Shown here: positions 37,356 to 49,948 of the stretch, one piece after another
Numbering within the stretch: the stretch's first letter is position 1
Layout of the letters: every line of letters starts with the position of its first letter
Source of the DNA: Podarcis pityusensis
Taxonomy: Eukaryota
DNA length: 64,000 nt
Assembly: GCA_964106645.2 (NCBI GenBank)
Contig: OZ067040.1
Strand: one strand, 5' to 3'
Position numbers and translations under genes: made by a program
The notes under the pieces: generated by a model
The model's input: only the letters and a program-made list of their open reading frames with translations
The model's database searches: none
What the model was told of the DNA's origin: nothing

Positions 37356-38039
37356 TCCAACGTTATCTGTCAGTCAAGGTCACACTGAGTTATTCCCATG
37401 GGAATGGAAAGGCCCGGAGCAAGCAAACAACAAGGGAATCGAAAGTAAAATGTACATGTAAAGTCACTGTTTTAATCCAATCCTCTAGAGGGAGCTTAAA
37501 ATGTCTTTCAGAGTCTAATTTAATGTCCAAGAACCTTCAAATACAAATGTTTAGCAGAGTTTATAAATGGTCACTTTGTTACAGACAGTGCTTATTTATC
37601 TCCAAAAAGAATGTTTCAAATTTAAAAGGTCTCAATACCCTCAGATTGTTGCAAGTTCCAGTATACAGTATCCAAATCTGCAGTACTGACAGCTCAATCT
37701 CTTAGTGCTCAGGCAGCTCCTGACTCTGGGTTTCACCTTCTAATTTGTAATCCAATAAAAGGAGGAAAGTCAAGTGCAAGTAATAATCCCAAATCTTTAG
37801 CTTAAAGTCTTTACTTTAAGATGCAAGTTCAATAGATGCTTAGATCTGTAAAGCTTAGAATCTCTTTCTTTCAGCCTCCACTCCTCCAGCTGATTGCTTT
37901 TTTCAAGTTCAATGGCTGCGGAAGACGGACTTCCTGTTTCCATGTCTCTCCGCTTTCAGCCAAGTTCAAGCCAATTTAGATTTTTCCTTTAAAGTCTCTA
38001 ATTTCAAGTGATTCAGTCTTTTACTCACAAGTTAGTTGC

Positions 38040-38358
38040 TTTTCGTCCGAATCCGTAATTTGGCAGGAAAAGGGATCAGCGCTCACCGGCAGCAGCAGCG
38101 CGGCTTCGCTCCACAGACTGTGAAGCAGCTCTCAGCGCCGCAACCCCCCTCTACGCTCCGGAGCCCCTTACGGGGTTCCTTTAGCGCTTGGAGGGTCGCT
38201 CAAGGCGCCCACCGAGCCTCAAGACCCCAGGCTCTTGCTGCCTGGGGTTTTCCGAAATGGGTCTCCGCTTCGCCGTAGCGGACGACCCGTTGTCTGCGGA
38301 GCCTCCTCTCCCGTTCAGAAGAGGACCGCCATTGCCGTTCGCGCCGCCCCCGGAAGTC
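38040..38358 (-). promoter_or_regulatory. L1 internal promoter (CpG-rich 5' end with ETS-like GACTTCCGG and YY1-like AATGGCGG)
   Basis: Dense undecayed CpGs. ccgccatt at 38326-38333 and ccggaagtc at 38350-38358. Position parallels the YY1 site near the start of mammalian L1. Confidence 0.65.
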
Positions 38359-38936
38359 ACCATCCATTGGTTATAAGACCATCACTGGTATCCTAAAACC
38401 TATGATAGCCTAAACTTCAATCATCAGATGCTCAGGAGAACAAATAGGATTCCAGAAACAGGTGTATATTATTTACCTTCAGGTGGAAAGAATTCCACAG
38501 TTGGGGAACTGCTGCAGAGAAAGCGCAATCCTGTATTGTGGTCCTGAATGCAACAGCTGAAAATGAGACATTAAAAAGGATCTCTTCTGATCCCAATTTT
38601 TGGATTTGATGTATAGGGAGAGAAGCTAAAACAAATACCTCAGTCCCAGGCCATGCAGGGCTTTATTCATCAGTTGTATCACCTTGAATTTGATCCATAT
38701 ATGTGCCCAGTTCAGACTCCACAAAATGGGTATGATAGGCAGATGTCAGACATTGGGCTTTGCTATAGTAGCTGCATTCTGCATCACCTTCAGTTTCAAG
38801 GGAAGTCCAGTGTATAGCACTGTTTTTCTTCTTCCAGAAACAGGTATAGCTGGCATGCCAGCTGAATTTGGAAATAGACACTAATCACCACTGAAACTAG
38901 CTAGGCCTCAAGAAACAGTGTTGAGTATCCCTAGAC

Positions 38937-39072
38937 CAGGCTTCCTCAACCTCGACCCTCCCGATGTTTTGAGACTACAATTCTCAGCATCCCTGACCAC
39001 TGGTCCTGCTAGCTAGGGGTCATGGGAGTTGTAGGCCAAAAACATCTGGAGGGCTGAGGTTGAGGAAGTCTG
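38937..39072. mobile_element. hAT-type MITE
   Basis: TIRs caggcttcctcaacctc...gaggttgaggaagtctg and a perfect 8-bp TSD ccctagac. It sits inside older L2-like sequence. Confidence 0.85.
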
Positions 39073-40218
39073 CCCTAGACTATGAACCTAGTCCTTCAGA
39101 GTGAGTGTGGCTTCATGTAGAACAGACCATTCACCCAAATCTGTGACATAGGAACTGCCCACCAGCAGTGCCTCTGTCTTGCCAAGATTCGGTTTCTGTG
39201 TATTGGTCCTCATTCAACCCATTACTATCCACAGGTCCTGGTTCTTTGCCAAAACATCTTCATCTGGTTCAGATGGTGTGGAGAAATAGAGCCGAGTACA
39301 GTATCATTTGCAGATTTATTCACTGATAATATCATAAAACATCAGGGCATTGTGCAACAGTAAAACAAAAATCACCCTTAAAAACAATACATTGCACTAC
39401 CCCTACCTGTTTCCCAGAACAGGTAATCAACCAGAGTAAGCAAAACCTGGGCAAACAGCCAGATTGAAATTGGCCATGATAGGTCTGCTAAAGATTACAA
39501 TAAAATGTGTTATAATTGGGACTTGTGTTGGTTAGTATGACACTGATTAAAGAGTATTGGAAACATCAATGATGCAGGTTGATGCACCTCCCTCAGGGAA
39601 CAAAAATGCAAGAGGTGGCATCCTGCGCTTTCCACCACTTCCATTACTGCTGGAACATGCCTCTTTCTTTTTGCAAACGCTCTGCCTCTCCTCCGAGTTC
39701 ATCTAGAAGGGGCATTCCTGTGTGTGTCATTCTCACTTGTCTTTCCTGCCCCAGGGCAGAGAAGACAAGCAGCAATGCTTTGAGGAATGTTCCAGCTTTC
39801 AGCAAGGGAGACATTCTAATGGCGGCAGAAGCTGTGGTGGGCTGTGGCAGGGGGAGCAGGAGATGGCATCTTCCTCTTTTACCTCAAGGGGAGAAAAAGG
39901 ACAGGCCAGGTCAGCATTTCTGAGCCAGCAAGGTTAAATGACAATAAATTGGAATTTGGAGGACTGCATGTTCATGTTCCAGCTTGTTTAAGCTGCTATC
40001 TCATGTTATCTGTTCCCTATATTTAAAATGGAAGCGATAGTTAAGTGCTTTTCTGAGTTGCTGAATATAAATAGAAGTGCTATATAAATCGGTGGTATAA
40101 AAAAATCCATAGAGAGGGAATGTAATTAGTACTCTTCTCATCAAGAAAAGTGAAAATAGATTTCAGGGAAGAAAAAAAAAAGCCCCATTTCCATTTAACT
40201 GTACACAAGTTTAATGGA

Positions 40219-40581
40219 GGGGACGCGGGTGGCGCTGTGGGTAAAACCTCAGCGCCTAGGACTTGCCGATTGCATGGTCGGCGGTTCGAATCCCCGCGGC
40301 GGGGTGAGCTCCCGTCGTTCGGTCCCAGCTCCTGCCCACCTAGCAGTTCGAAAGCAAAATTAAGTGCAAGTAGATAAATAGGTACCGCTTTCTAGCGGGA
40401 AGGTAAACGGCGTTCCGTGTGCTGCTCTGGTGCCGGTTTGCCGGAGCAGCTTCGTCACACTGCCCACGTGACCCGGAAGTGTCTGCGGGCAGCGCTGGCT
40501 CCCGGCCTCTAGAGTGAGATGAGCGCACAACCCTAGAGTCTGTCAAGACTGGCCCGTACGGGCAGGGGTACCTTTACCTTT
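40219..40581 (+). mobile_element. Sauria SINE, distinct CpG-rich (young) subfamily
   Basis: gggacgcgggtggcgctgtgg head, B-box ggttcgaatccc, (ACCTTT)2 tail and a 12-bp TSD aagtttaatgga. Confidence 0.93.
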
Positions 40582-43500
40582 AAGTTTAATGGATCCCACT
40601 TCAGAGCTGACAAGAAATACCAGGATGGCATGAGAATGGTTTGGACAATTTAAAATATGTGAACCCTAAATTATTTGAGGCTCAGTTATAGAATGATACC
40701 TAACAGTGATTGCTCCTTTAGTTATTGTTCTACAAATTATTTTATGCTGTCTCTATTCAAGGAAGTTTCTTTGCTGTCCGTTATTACTCATGGTTTGTTT
40801 TAATTATAGCTGTATATTTTAATAATTTTGCTGTAAGTCAGCCAGGGAATGTTTAATGATGGACAGCTGTATGCATTTAATAAATAATAATAACACACAA
40901 AATGGAAATGCAGCTCCATTGCAAAGCTCTATTACGATCATATCTCTGATGAGTATGGTAGGATGATCAGCTCCCTATTTGAGCAGTTAATGTATCTTCT
41001 GTTACTCCCACCTGTTTTTCTATCAGGGAGCAAAAATACATTTTAATTAATTTAGTTCCTGGGCTGCATTTGGTCAGAATTCTCGTTTTAGTCTTCTATA
41101 AACACAAGCTACACTTAAACCTTTCCCCTGACAGGGACTCAAGGCGGATAAGAGCAGCTAAAATTTAGGAAAAAACCCAATCATTAAGAAATAATTAAAC
41201 ATTGATAGAATTAAAACCACCTATCTACATACATCCTTCCCCCACCCCTATTAAAACCGGACAAATAATTACAATAAAAACAGCGCAGCATCAGCCCTTT
41301 CATTAAAAGCAGTTTGAACAAGAAAGTATTCATTTGCTGGTGGAAAGAAAGCAAGGAGGGAGCCAGTCTAGTTTCTCAAGGGAAGGAGTTGCAAAGTCTG
41401 GGAGTAGCCATGTTTAATCCTCCCAGGACTCAAGTGATGTTTAATGGATGTTCAAAGAGTAGTTTGGCAAACCCCTCTCTAAAGTGCCTCCCCTCTGTTA
41501 AAAGGGACTGGGGGTTGGGGCGAGCAGTGAGGGGAGGAATGGGTGAGGTATAAAGGGAAGGTTGCTGGTTTTGGGTCAGATTCATAGTTCAAAGTGAGGA
41601 GGGGTTGGCTAGGTGTGGGAGAAGGGAAGTTGGCAAAAGAGTTGCTGGGTAGGCTGGGTTGCCAAGTGAAGCATGTGGGGTGGCAGCCCTAGTTAACAGC
41701 GCTCATATGTTAGCTTTTCTTGAATTTAAAATTGTGCTAGAAGTTTTGACACTGACAGAAGGATTGCTTAGCTTTTTTTAAAAAAATGAAAAGGACAGAT
41801 CCAAACCATGAGATTAAATCAAACCTAAATTGACAATAAATCCGCCTCATTTTTAAAACATGCTGCTATGAGGGATAGGCAAACAATAAAGGCAGGTTTA
41901 TAGGGTTCAGAAAAGCACAAGATACCACAACAATATTTCGTCAACCTGGAGTGCAAAGATTTATCAGACTAAAATGAATCAAATTTTCTTCCAGCATACT
42001 GCATTTGGTTAATGACAGAGAGGCATTTTTCTGCCTTTCTTTGGCAGAAAAAGCCCTCATTTATTAGATACAGGTCCCCCATGTCAAAATTAATTGAAAT
42101 ACACTTGATTTCATAACAGTCGTAATGCATTTAGGCAACATATTTGTCTGTGTTGTCAGACAAAGATGGCTTGCTTGAGAATATTTCTAAGGTACATTCG
42201 CTTCGATCAGAATTCATTTTGTCCCTCATTTCTGATGCCTAATTGTTATGTATTGCTATGCATATGTGTTTTCCTTTTTTTGACAGTTACAGGTTTCTGT
42301 TTCTTTAAGAAATGCAGACTATGGAATTTTGCACTTGTGCCTGCTTAGATCTAAATACACTTTGCTGAGAAGAAAAGCAAATGGGATCCTACAGTGATAA
42401 ATTAAGAAAGTGTATAGATTGTTTGGTACATAATTTCAATGTTACAGGCTTTGAAATAACCTGGGTGGACAGGGGAAGTCATTGGCTGGGGGAGAAACAG
42501 CACAATGGTTCTATCCAGACTAGTTGCTTAAAAGCATGGATTCTTTAATGAGAGGCATGATATTTTTTATAGGGAAAAATTGAAGAAGGTTGTACAGTGG
42601 CATAAACCAAAATGTGTGTGAGCTTTAGCCCATCTTCTGAACAACAGAGTGCATGAAAAACTGCTGGTCTGCGTGCACCCTGCCTTTCTGATTTTGAAAG
42701 GGCTAAGCAACTTCTCAGTTCAGTTTGGGGACTCAGCTACATTCGTAAAGATAAAGTCCTTTATATGCGTTATAACATATGCCAACTAGTTTTCCTTATA
42801 TGAAGTTTACAACACGTTTAACTGAATTGCTTTTTTGATGTGTCTAGATGCAGCCTGGGTTTCTGTTTGTGGGGCACTATAGTATATAGTGAAACCAGTA
42901 ATTGTGAAGTAATGGGACAGGATCTGATATTCTATCAGATGAGAAACTTTAAATAGCTTGATTTACAATTCAAGCATACCTCTGGCACTATGTTGTTACT
43001 CTGCAAAGTTCCTAAATGGGAATAGTAAGCTGAGAAATAGAAACATATGGCACAGTAGGTTGATAGCATTTGTGACAGCAGTAGCTATTTCATTTAAGAC
43101 TGCAATAGTGAACCCAGTTGTATCCTCACCAGTTCAATGAATTCAGTAGGACAGACATATACACGTGAGAGGAACTGTGTCTTGTCTTAGATGCATTTTA
43201 TTCAGGCCTTTTTCTTCTGTACTGATAAATAAGAACTTATGTATCTTTTTTAATTATCTGCATTGGAGCCTATGCAGTTCTCTGACAAGCTTTTCCCTCA
43301 TGGTTATTAATTAGTGCTAGGGGAATATAAAGTAATAATTCAATTTTTATTCCATGTAACTAATTTGTTGTTTTAATTAAATGGAATAGATTCAGTGATC
43401 TGGGCTTCTTGTTTAGGTTTAGCCATGGGCAGGCCTTTGCAATTTCCTAATTTACATCACACAAATATGATTTATTTTTTTAACCACAACAGAATAAATT

Positions 43501-45069
43501 GGTGGAAATTTGATTGGGTCTGCTGGGCTCCTGCATACCTGTCCCAGCAGTGTAACTTCGTATGTTCAGCAGAAAAGCAAGGAATACTCGTAGGAAGCTT
43601 TAAGATCAAGGGAAATGTTGAGTTGTCTATAGGATTGTAGTGAATTCTCAGCAAATTACCAGTTTCCATACCCTAGTTCAGAGGTGGTTAGCCCAAGAGG
43701 TTTTTTGTGGTCTACTAATACCCCTCATTTGTCACTTGAAGAAAAAAAATATTGATGGTTCCCATAGGTCTCCTGCTGTGGTGCCATGATGCCGAAAGGT
43801 TTTTTTTTTTGTTTTTTTTTACAGCTGTCAACTCCCCTGTTTATCCTTTAAAATAATAATTTAAAAAATCTGACTACTCTCATTAGCACCTGTCGTGATG
43901 CCTAAAGGTTCTTGTGACCCCTCATTACCCACAAATTTGTCCATGAATTTCATTTGCCACTCCAGCTTTTACACTCCAGCCATTTCCACATTTACTTATG
44001 ATCCCTTGGAGGGTTGACCATGGCTCAATGTGGTACGCAGTACCCCAAAAGCTCAGTCACCCCCTTAGTTGGTTTTTGTAACAAGACAGTTACAAGTACA
44101 GGCAAGAAGAAGTGGTTGCTTTTTGTTTTCATTGGAGATTATAGGAACAGGAATATATTTATTGGAGCTGACCTTTCGTCTGAACTGCGCAGGCTTTTCA
44201 ATTACTGTCCAAACAAGAAAATAAGCATTAATTGAAACCTTCTGCACAACCATGGCAACATGGTTAGCTGACACTGGTTCCTGCCAAAAATGGCCTTGGT
44301 AAAGTTTCCCTATAGTACACCCTGCAGAGATATTCATGGGCTCAGCATGTTTGATTGTGCCCCATAGCAGCTTCCTCACTCATGAGCTTTCTCCCTTTCC
44401 CTCATATTTATTCCACCTGGCAGGTTTGTCTTGGGATGCTCTTAGTTCACTTACTTCTCAATTGTACACTGTTTCCTGCACAGCTTCCCCTTCCCTGGGT
44501 TGTAGGGGAACTTGCAAGGGAAATTACTTTAGTCTCTTATTTTCCTGGAAGGAAATAGTGCTAGAATATGAACAAAACCTGTCTAATATATAGTAATATG
44601 TTGTACAATAGCCATATTTGTGCACTTTTTCATTATAAGAGGGAATATCTATGAAGAAAGGAAATGATTGAAATATTCATTTGATTAAACAGATCTCAGA
44701 GAAATAAACTGGACACTAGTTTGATGTGATCATGCCAGCCCTACCTACCTAACTAGTAAAGGTAGCTTACTAGCTCACCAAAATATATAATATATCTTGG
44801 AATGCAAATCTTTCAGTAGGATATCAACTGGAAAGAAGCCAGAAGAGACTGGAAATGGACAGCAGATTTTAAGAGAGCTGAAAGTCTGAGTGGTATTGCT
44901 TTGCTTGGTGTTTATCTTTCTATTGCCTCTGGTGAAAGCAGGATGGATGTGGGCACACTAGGATCAGCAGTTTCTTTTTGAAGAAACCAAATCAGCTCTC
45001 TCTCAAACACTATCAGCTATTTTCAGCCTAAAGGTCTGGGAAACTCAGAAAATTCCTCTTGTGTTGCAG

Positions 45070-45144
45070 AACAGTCCATTATGAGGGTGGAGCCGTGTCG
45101 ATTCATGCTCGTTCTCTTTGGCGATTGGAGACTTTGAGGGTTGC
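45070..45144 (+). CDS. RYR2: RYR2 exon 11 ([25 protein letters not shown]), 75 nt
   Basis: ttgcag|AACAGT ... GTTGC|gtaagt. Confidence 0.97.
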
Positions 45145-46819
45145 GTAAGTAAAGAACCTTTGGTACAATGCAATTCCATTATGGCAACAAATGTCCCCGC
45201 TCTTTAAAATGCAAGCTTTCTCTTGAGAAAATTTTTGTGTTTATGCTGAAAGACTGATGGCAATTTGGAAATGTACTTATTTACCCAAGATCATTAGCTA
45301 CAATTTTGCCCTGTGAAAGTTTCACATGGAATTGATTTCCAATATGGGTTTGTGACGCTATTACAGTTGTCAGATAGGTGTCAGTTTCAGGCTTTTCAAA
45401 ATGCTGAGAAATAGGTTCCTTTACATTTCCCTTGTGCACTTTTTTAGAAGTGCATTACCTTCTTACCTGGGATTGCACAGGAGCTGTTAGGTAGGTGGTC
45501 TAACAAATGACAGCCTACAGTCCAGGCTAACACATATCCTTGATACTTGACAGAGGAATACTTACCTAAATTTCAATTTAACTGTGATATTGAGTCATCT
45601 CCCTTTATAGATAATGCGAGAAACATACAATAAATGCCTTACAACTATCAACAGTATCCAACTGCTCAGTTCTCATGCTGGTTTTGAAATCAGCATTGGC
45701 GTGTCTTCTTCACACATCATCTTCACACATACTCACACCTCTTTTACTATTGGTGCATGTTATAGGCCAAATTGATGTCTTATGTGAGGATTGTGTATTG
45801 TGACTAGGAGCCTCACTAACTTAAACGGAACTTGGTGTTCTGCTGCCCCCTATTGGTAGCACAAAAGAAATGTGCTGAACTAAGGAGAAACCTTGCTATT
45901 TGCCTTTTTCAGTCTGAGATGGATGTACAAAGTACAAGCGAAAGTATGCACCTGCGAATTCCAGTTGTGTTTCCTAGGTTGTAATGAAACGATGCTGTGT
46001 GTGGGTGTGTGGAATTCTGTTCTTGGAAGAATTTAGAAGATTCTCTGAATGTGCAAGTAGCAGTAGCAAATCACCTGACTGGCTTCGCTGTGATGAAGCT
46101 TTTAGGTGTGAGGTGACATGGTTATGACAGCGCATTTGTTTTTCCAGCTGCTGCTAGTGAGACCTCCAATACTGAGCTCTCCATCTCTCCTGTTGTCTTC
46201 ATAAGCCACATAATTGTCTTGCTATAGTAGGCCTTTAAGGAAAAGAAGGATGCAGCCTTTACATGAAGTGGTGTCTTCCACCTGTTGAAATAATTCATAT
46301 GTTTTTGAAAGGGGGAAATAGAACATCTTGGATGCAGCATTTCCAGCTGCCTGCACATAAATGAAATGGAGTCCACCCAGGTGTCTCTTGTGAAAGCTTC
46401 AAATTTCAATGAGTTCTTGTGGTCTGCAAGCCATTCACCTTGATGCAGAGCTCTCTGTACACTCTGATGTCCACATGGAGCACTTGCGAATGCGTGCCCA
46501 AAATCTGTAATGATAGACAAATCTATTGTCCCAAATAATACACCTCTTGATCTGCTACCTCTGTTGAGATGAGCATGTAGCCTTTGCTGGCAGCTAGCTT
46601 CTTGTGTTCATTAAAGTTATCTTGCCTAAGAAATCACTGCTATGCCAATGTGCCATTCATTCTGAAAGTAAAACTAAAATGTTAACTCAATAATTGAAAA
46701 TATTGTTGTTTTTATAAAATTGAGTTCAAATTACTTTTTAAATCATCTTTCATATTTCATTTGACATTTAACTATGGAATGTTACATGATCTAAGAATGC
46801 AAATTTGAACCTTTTTTAG

Positions 46820-46976
46820 GTGGAGTGGAAGTCACATTAGATGGGGCCAGCCTTTCCGATTAAGGCATATAACAACAGGGAAGTATTTGAGCCTGATGGA
46901 TGACAAGAGCCTTCTTCTAACAGACAAAGAGAAAGCTGATGTGAAATCTACAGCCTTTTGTTTTCGGTCTTCCAAG
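46820..46976 (+). CDS. RYR2: RYR2 exon 12 ([23 protein letters not shown]...AFCFRSSK), 157 nt
   Basis: ttttag|GTGGAG ... TCCAAG|gtagaa. Confidence 0.97.
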
Positions 46977-48285
46977 GTAGAAAACTCAAGCGCAGTGACA
47001 GATAGTGTAAACTTGATGGAAACATTAACATTTCCAGTTGAACTATAATTTCTTAGCAGTTAGGCTGTGCATGCTTGTAGCATTCTCTCTATGAAATTAA
47101 ATAGCAGTGGACCATAAAAGTACACAAAGGTGCAAGTTGTGAATTGTCTTTTGATTTCATTTTGTTATGTTGGGCTTTACAACATCTGGAACACTACTCT
47201 TTGGATCTTAATACCTACATGCCTGATATATTATGCATTTGATACAAATTCCATTTAAAGTACAGTGTGCATTCATACACTTTTTCACTGTCAGTCTGTT
47301 TGTCATAAATTACTCTCTATATAAGTTAAATCATGACCCTTTTAAAGTCAGATGTGTATTTGTATTGATGAAACATAATTTCATAAGAGTGTTGGAAAAC
47401 ATGTATTAATCTAGGGCTGCCAACTAATACTCAGTTGGGAGTAAATCCAGTTTGGCTTGGTGAGGACTGCACTGTTGGCTAATCTTTTTTGCACACCCAT
47501 TTTAGACTTTTCACACTCCTGCCCCATTGTTCAGTAGATGGAAGCATGTCAGTCTTAATAAAAAGCTGCATTCTGTCTCTTCAAACTGGCATCTTATCTT
47601 TAAAACTTTTATTTAAATCTTTAATGTTCATATAATAGCTTTAAAGTGCATTGTGTACTGTACTGGCTTTTTATTTGATGGATCTGAAAGAATCACAGCT
47701 TCAGCGCAATGTCATTAAGTTTATTAGAACTGAGTGAAGCTGGAAAAAATGCTGCTAGATTTACTGTAATTTTATGAGTATGAATCAGTCCAGTTTGGAG
47801 GATTCCCATAGGCTCAGTTTAATCTTGTTTCATCACCCTTATATACACATGCGTATATCCCATATAGGGGGAAGGGGAGCCTATGGGAATCAACTGTGTG
47901 CAGGTGATGTGGATGACAGGATTATGCCTTTCAAATTTGTGCATAGTTAGTGTGTTAGAATTAGTATACTTGAAAATGTATATGGTGAAATGATATAGAC
48001 TCCATGCACAGAAGAATTAAAAATAAACATGTAAGTAAAATGTTGCTTGTATAGTAATGTTGTACGTATATAAAATAAATTGAATGTATGGGTGTTTGGA
48101 GAAATGTGGTTGTATTATGGAGGATAAAAACACACACTTAAATTTAATTGAAGTAGGTCAGCCTTTAGCTTGTACGCACAAATGCTATCAGTTTTAATGC
48201 TTACTATTTTTTATTTAGGAAAAGATATTTCACCTTTCAAATTTTTAAATGTATGGGCTAATGTATTGCATCTTCTTTAAAAAAG

Positions 48286-48450
48286 GAAAAATTGGATGTG
48301 GGTATAAGAAAAGACGTGGAAGGAATGGGAGCACCTGAGATAAAGTATGGAGACTCAGTCTGCTTCATACAGCATGTTGACACTGGATTGTGGCTCACGT
48401 ACCAGTCAGTGGATGCGAAGTCTGTAAGAATGGGGTCTGTGCAACGCAAG
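48286..48450 (+). CDS. RYR2: RYR2 exon 13 (EKLDVGIRKDVEGMG...GSVQRK), 165 nt
   Basis: ctttaaaaaag|GAAAAA ... CGCAAG|gtaaga. Confidence 0.95.
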
Positions 48451-48821
48451 GTAAGATGTTTTACACAAAGATATCATATATTTATGTTTAATATTATGCG
48501 AATGAAAAGGCACTGTCGGTGTGGCATTTTACATTTCAACTTTTCCCAAGTACTAAATGTGTTTCCCTGTCAAAATAACAGTAGGCACTGAATCCTTTGG
48601 GACAGAATTTCATGTTACAAAGATTAGAAGGCGGCTGGTGAAACTCTAGTCCCATGCCCCCACCACAATGTAGTTCCATTTAACCTATACAAGCGCTATT
48701 TTTTAGACAGAGCTCACTGGAACTCAGCATGTAAAGCACTTTGAGCATTTGGGAAGAGTTCTGTACAAAATGATAGTTTTCTCCTTTTGTGATCCTTGTT
48801 CTTTGATTTTGTTTTTGGCAG

Positions 48822-48943
48822 GCTATCATGCACCACGAAGGCCATATGGATGATGGCCTAACATTGTCCAGATCTCAGCATGAAGAGTCACGTACTGCAC
48901 GAGTAATTCGTAGTACCGTCTTCCTTTTCAACAGGTTCATAAG
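48822..48943 (+). CDS. RYR2: RYR2 exon 14 ([41 protein letters not shown]), 122 nt
   Basis: tggcag|GCTATC ... ATAAG|gtacat. Confidence 0.97.
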
Positions 48944-49306
48944 GTACATGATTTGTTCTGGTTGAAAACAAATACCTTAGCCTTAGCTAGGCCTTAGTAC
49001 CTGTAAGTTAAACAAGCAAACGTTCTACCACTGTCTCCACTCCCCACCCCCCATTCATCCGTTGTCACCTCCTATATCAAATTTTAGACTGTATCCTCCT
49101 GGGAACAATGACTTGTCCACTTGTAGCACATAAAGCACAATGTATACCTATGACACTATGGCCTGGTTTATGAAATACTAAGCTATGGTTTATTTGATCA
49201 TCCAAACCAGGCCTTGCAACATAAACATAGTTTATAAACCACCAACCAACCATGCCCATAAACCTTGGTTAATGTTAACCATGGCTGAAACCTGGCCTAT
49301 TTAAAT

Positions 49307-49443
49307 TAGTGGTGACTAACCTTTGGTCCTCCAGATATGACTGAGTACAACTCCCATCACCTGGCACTGTTGGGCATGCTGACAGGGACTGATGGGAGTT
49401 GGAGTCCAAGAGCATTTGTAGGGCCACACGTTGGCCACCCCTG
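49307..49443. mobile_element. hAT-type MITE (older relative of the 38937 element; another degenerate copy at about 50722-50847)
   Basis: 8-bp TSD atttaaat at 49299-49306 and 49444-49451. Internal palindrome caactcccatca...tgatgggagttg. Confidence 0.7.
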
Positions 49444-49764
49444 ATTTAAATTGTCATTACCATACTTACCCTAATGGGCAGCACAAGAAACACATGACAA
49501 AAATAAAACATAACATTTGTAGTATAAAAAGTTATGGGGTTTCAGCAGGAAGTTATGGGATATGCACTGATTGGAAGTGAAGCAGTGTGACTACTCTGAA
49601 AGATTTGTAGGCACAAACAGAATTGAAAGTGATATTGTGTTTGACTGCCCAAATAGCATCAAGAGCACACACAAAAATCATGAATGCACAATAAATAGAA
49701 TGTTTGGAGGGCTCCTCAGACTGGGAACATGTCATACTTAGAAGAGCTGTACAATTCATTTTAG

Positions 49765-49948
49765 GGGCCTTGATGATCTCAGCAAGAAAGCAAAGTCTTC
49801 CACAGTTGACTTACCCATTGAGTCAGTCAGCCTTAGCCTCCAGGACTTGATTGGATACTTCCATCCACCTGATGAGCATCTAGAGCACGAAGACAAGCAG
49901 AACCGCTTAAGAGCACTGAAGAATCGGCAGAATCTCTTCCAGGAAGAG
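49765..49948 (+). CDS. RYR2: RYR2 exon 15 (GLDDLSKKAKSSTVDLPIE...RQNLFQEE), 184 nt
   Basis: ttttag|GGGCCT ... GAAGAG|gtagca. Confidence 0.97.

Larger units (their letters stand above)
32258..38358 (-). mobile_element. Full-length L1-clade LINE (about 6.1 kb), antisense in RYR2 intron 10
   Basis: Direct repeat tcaccatccattggttata at 32239-32257 and 38357-38375 (TSD; its first 2 nt overlap the element's 5' GACTTCCGG start). 11-nt poly(A) at 32258-32268 preceded by AATAAA (32276-32281, minus). About 1-kb 5'UTR with a CpG-rich end and two intact ORFs. Confidence 0.97.
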
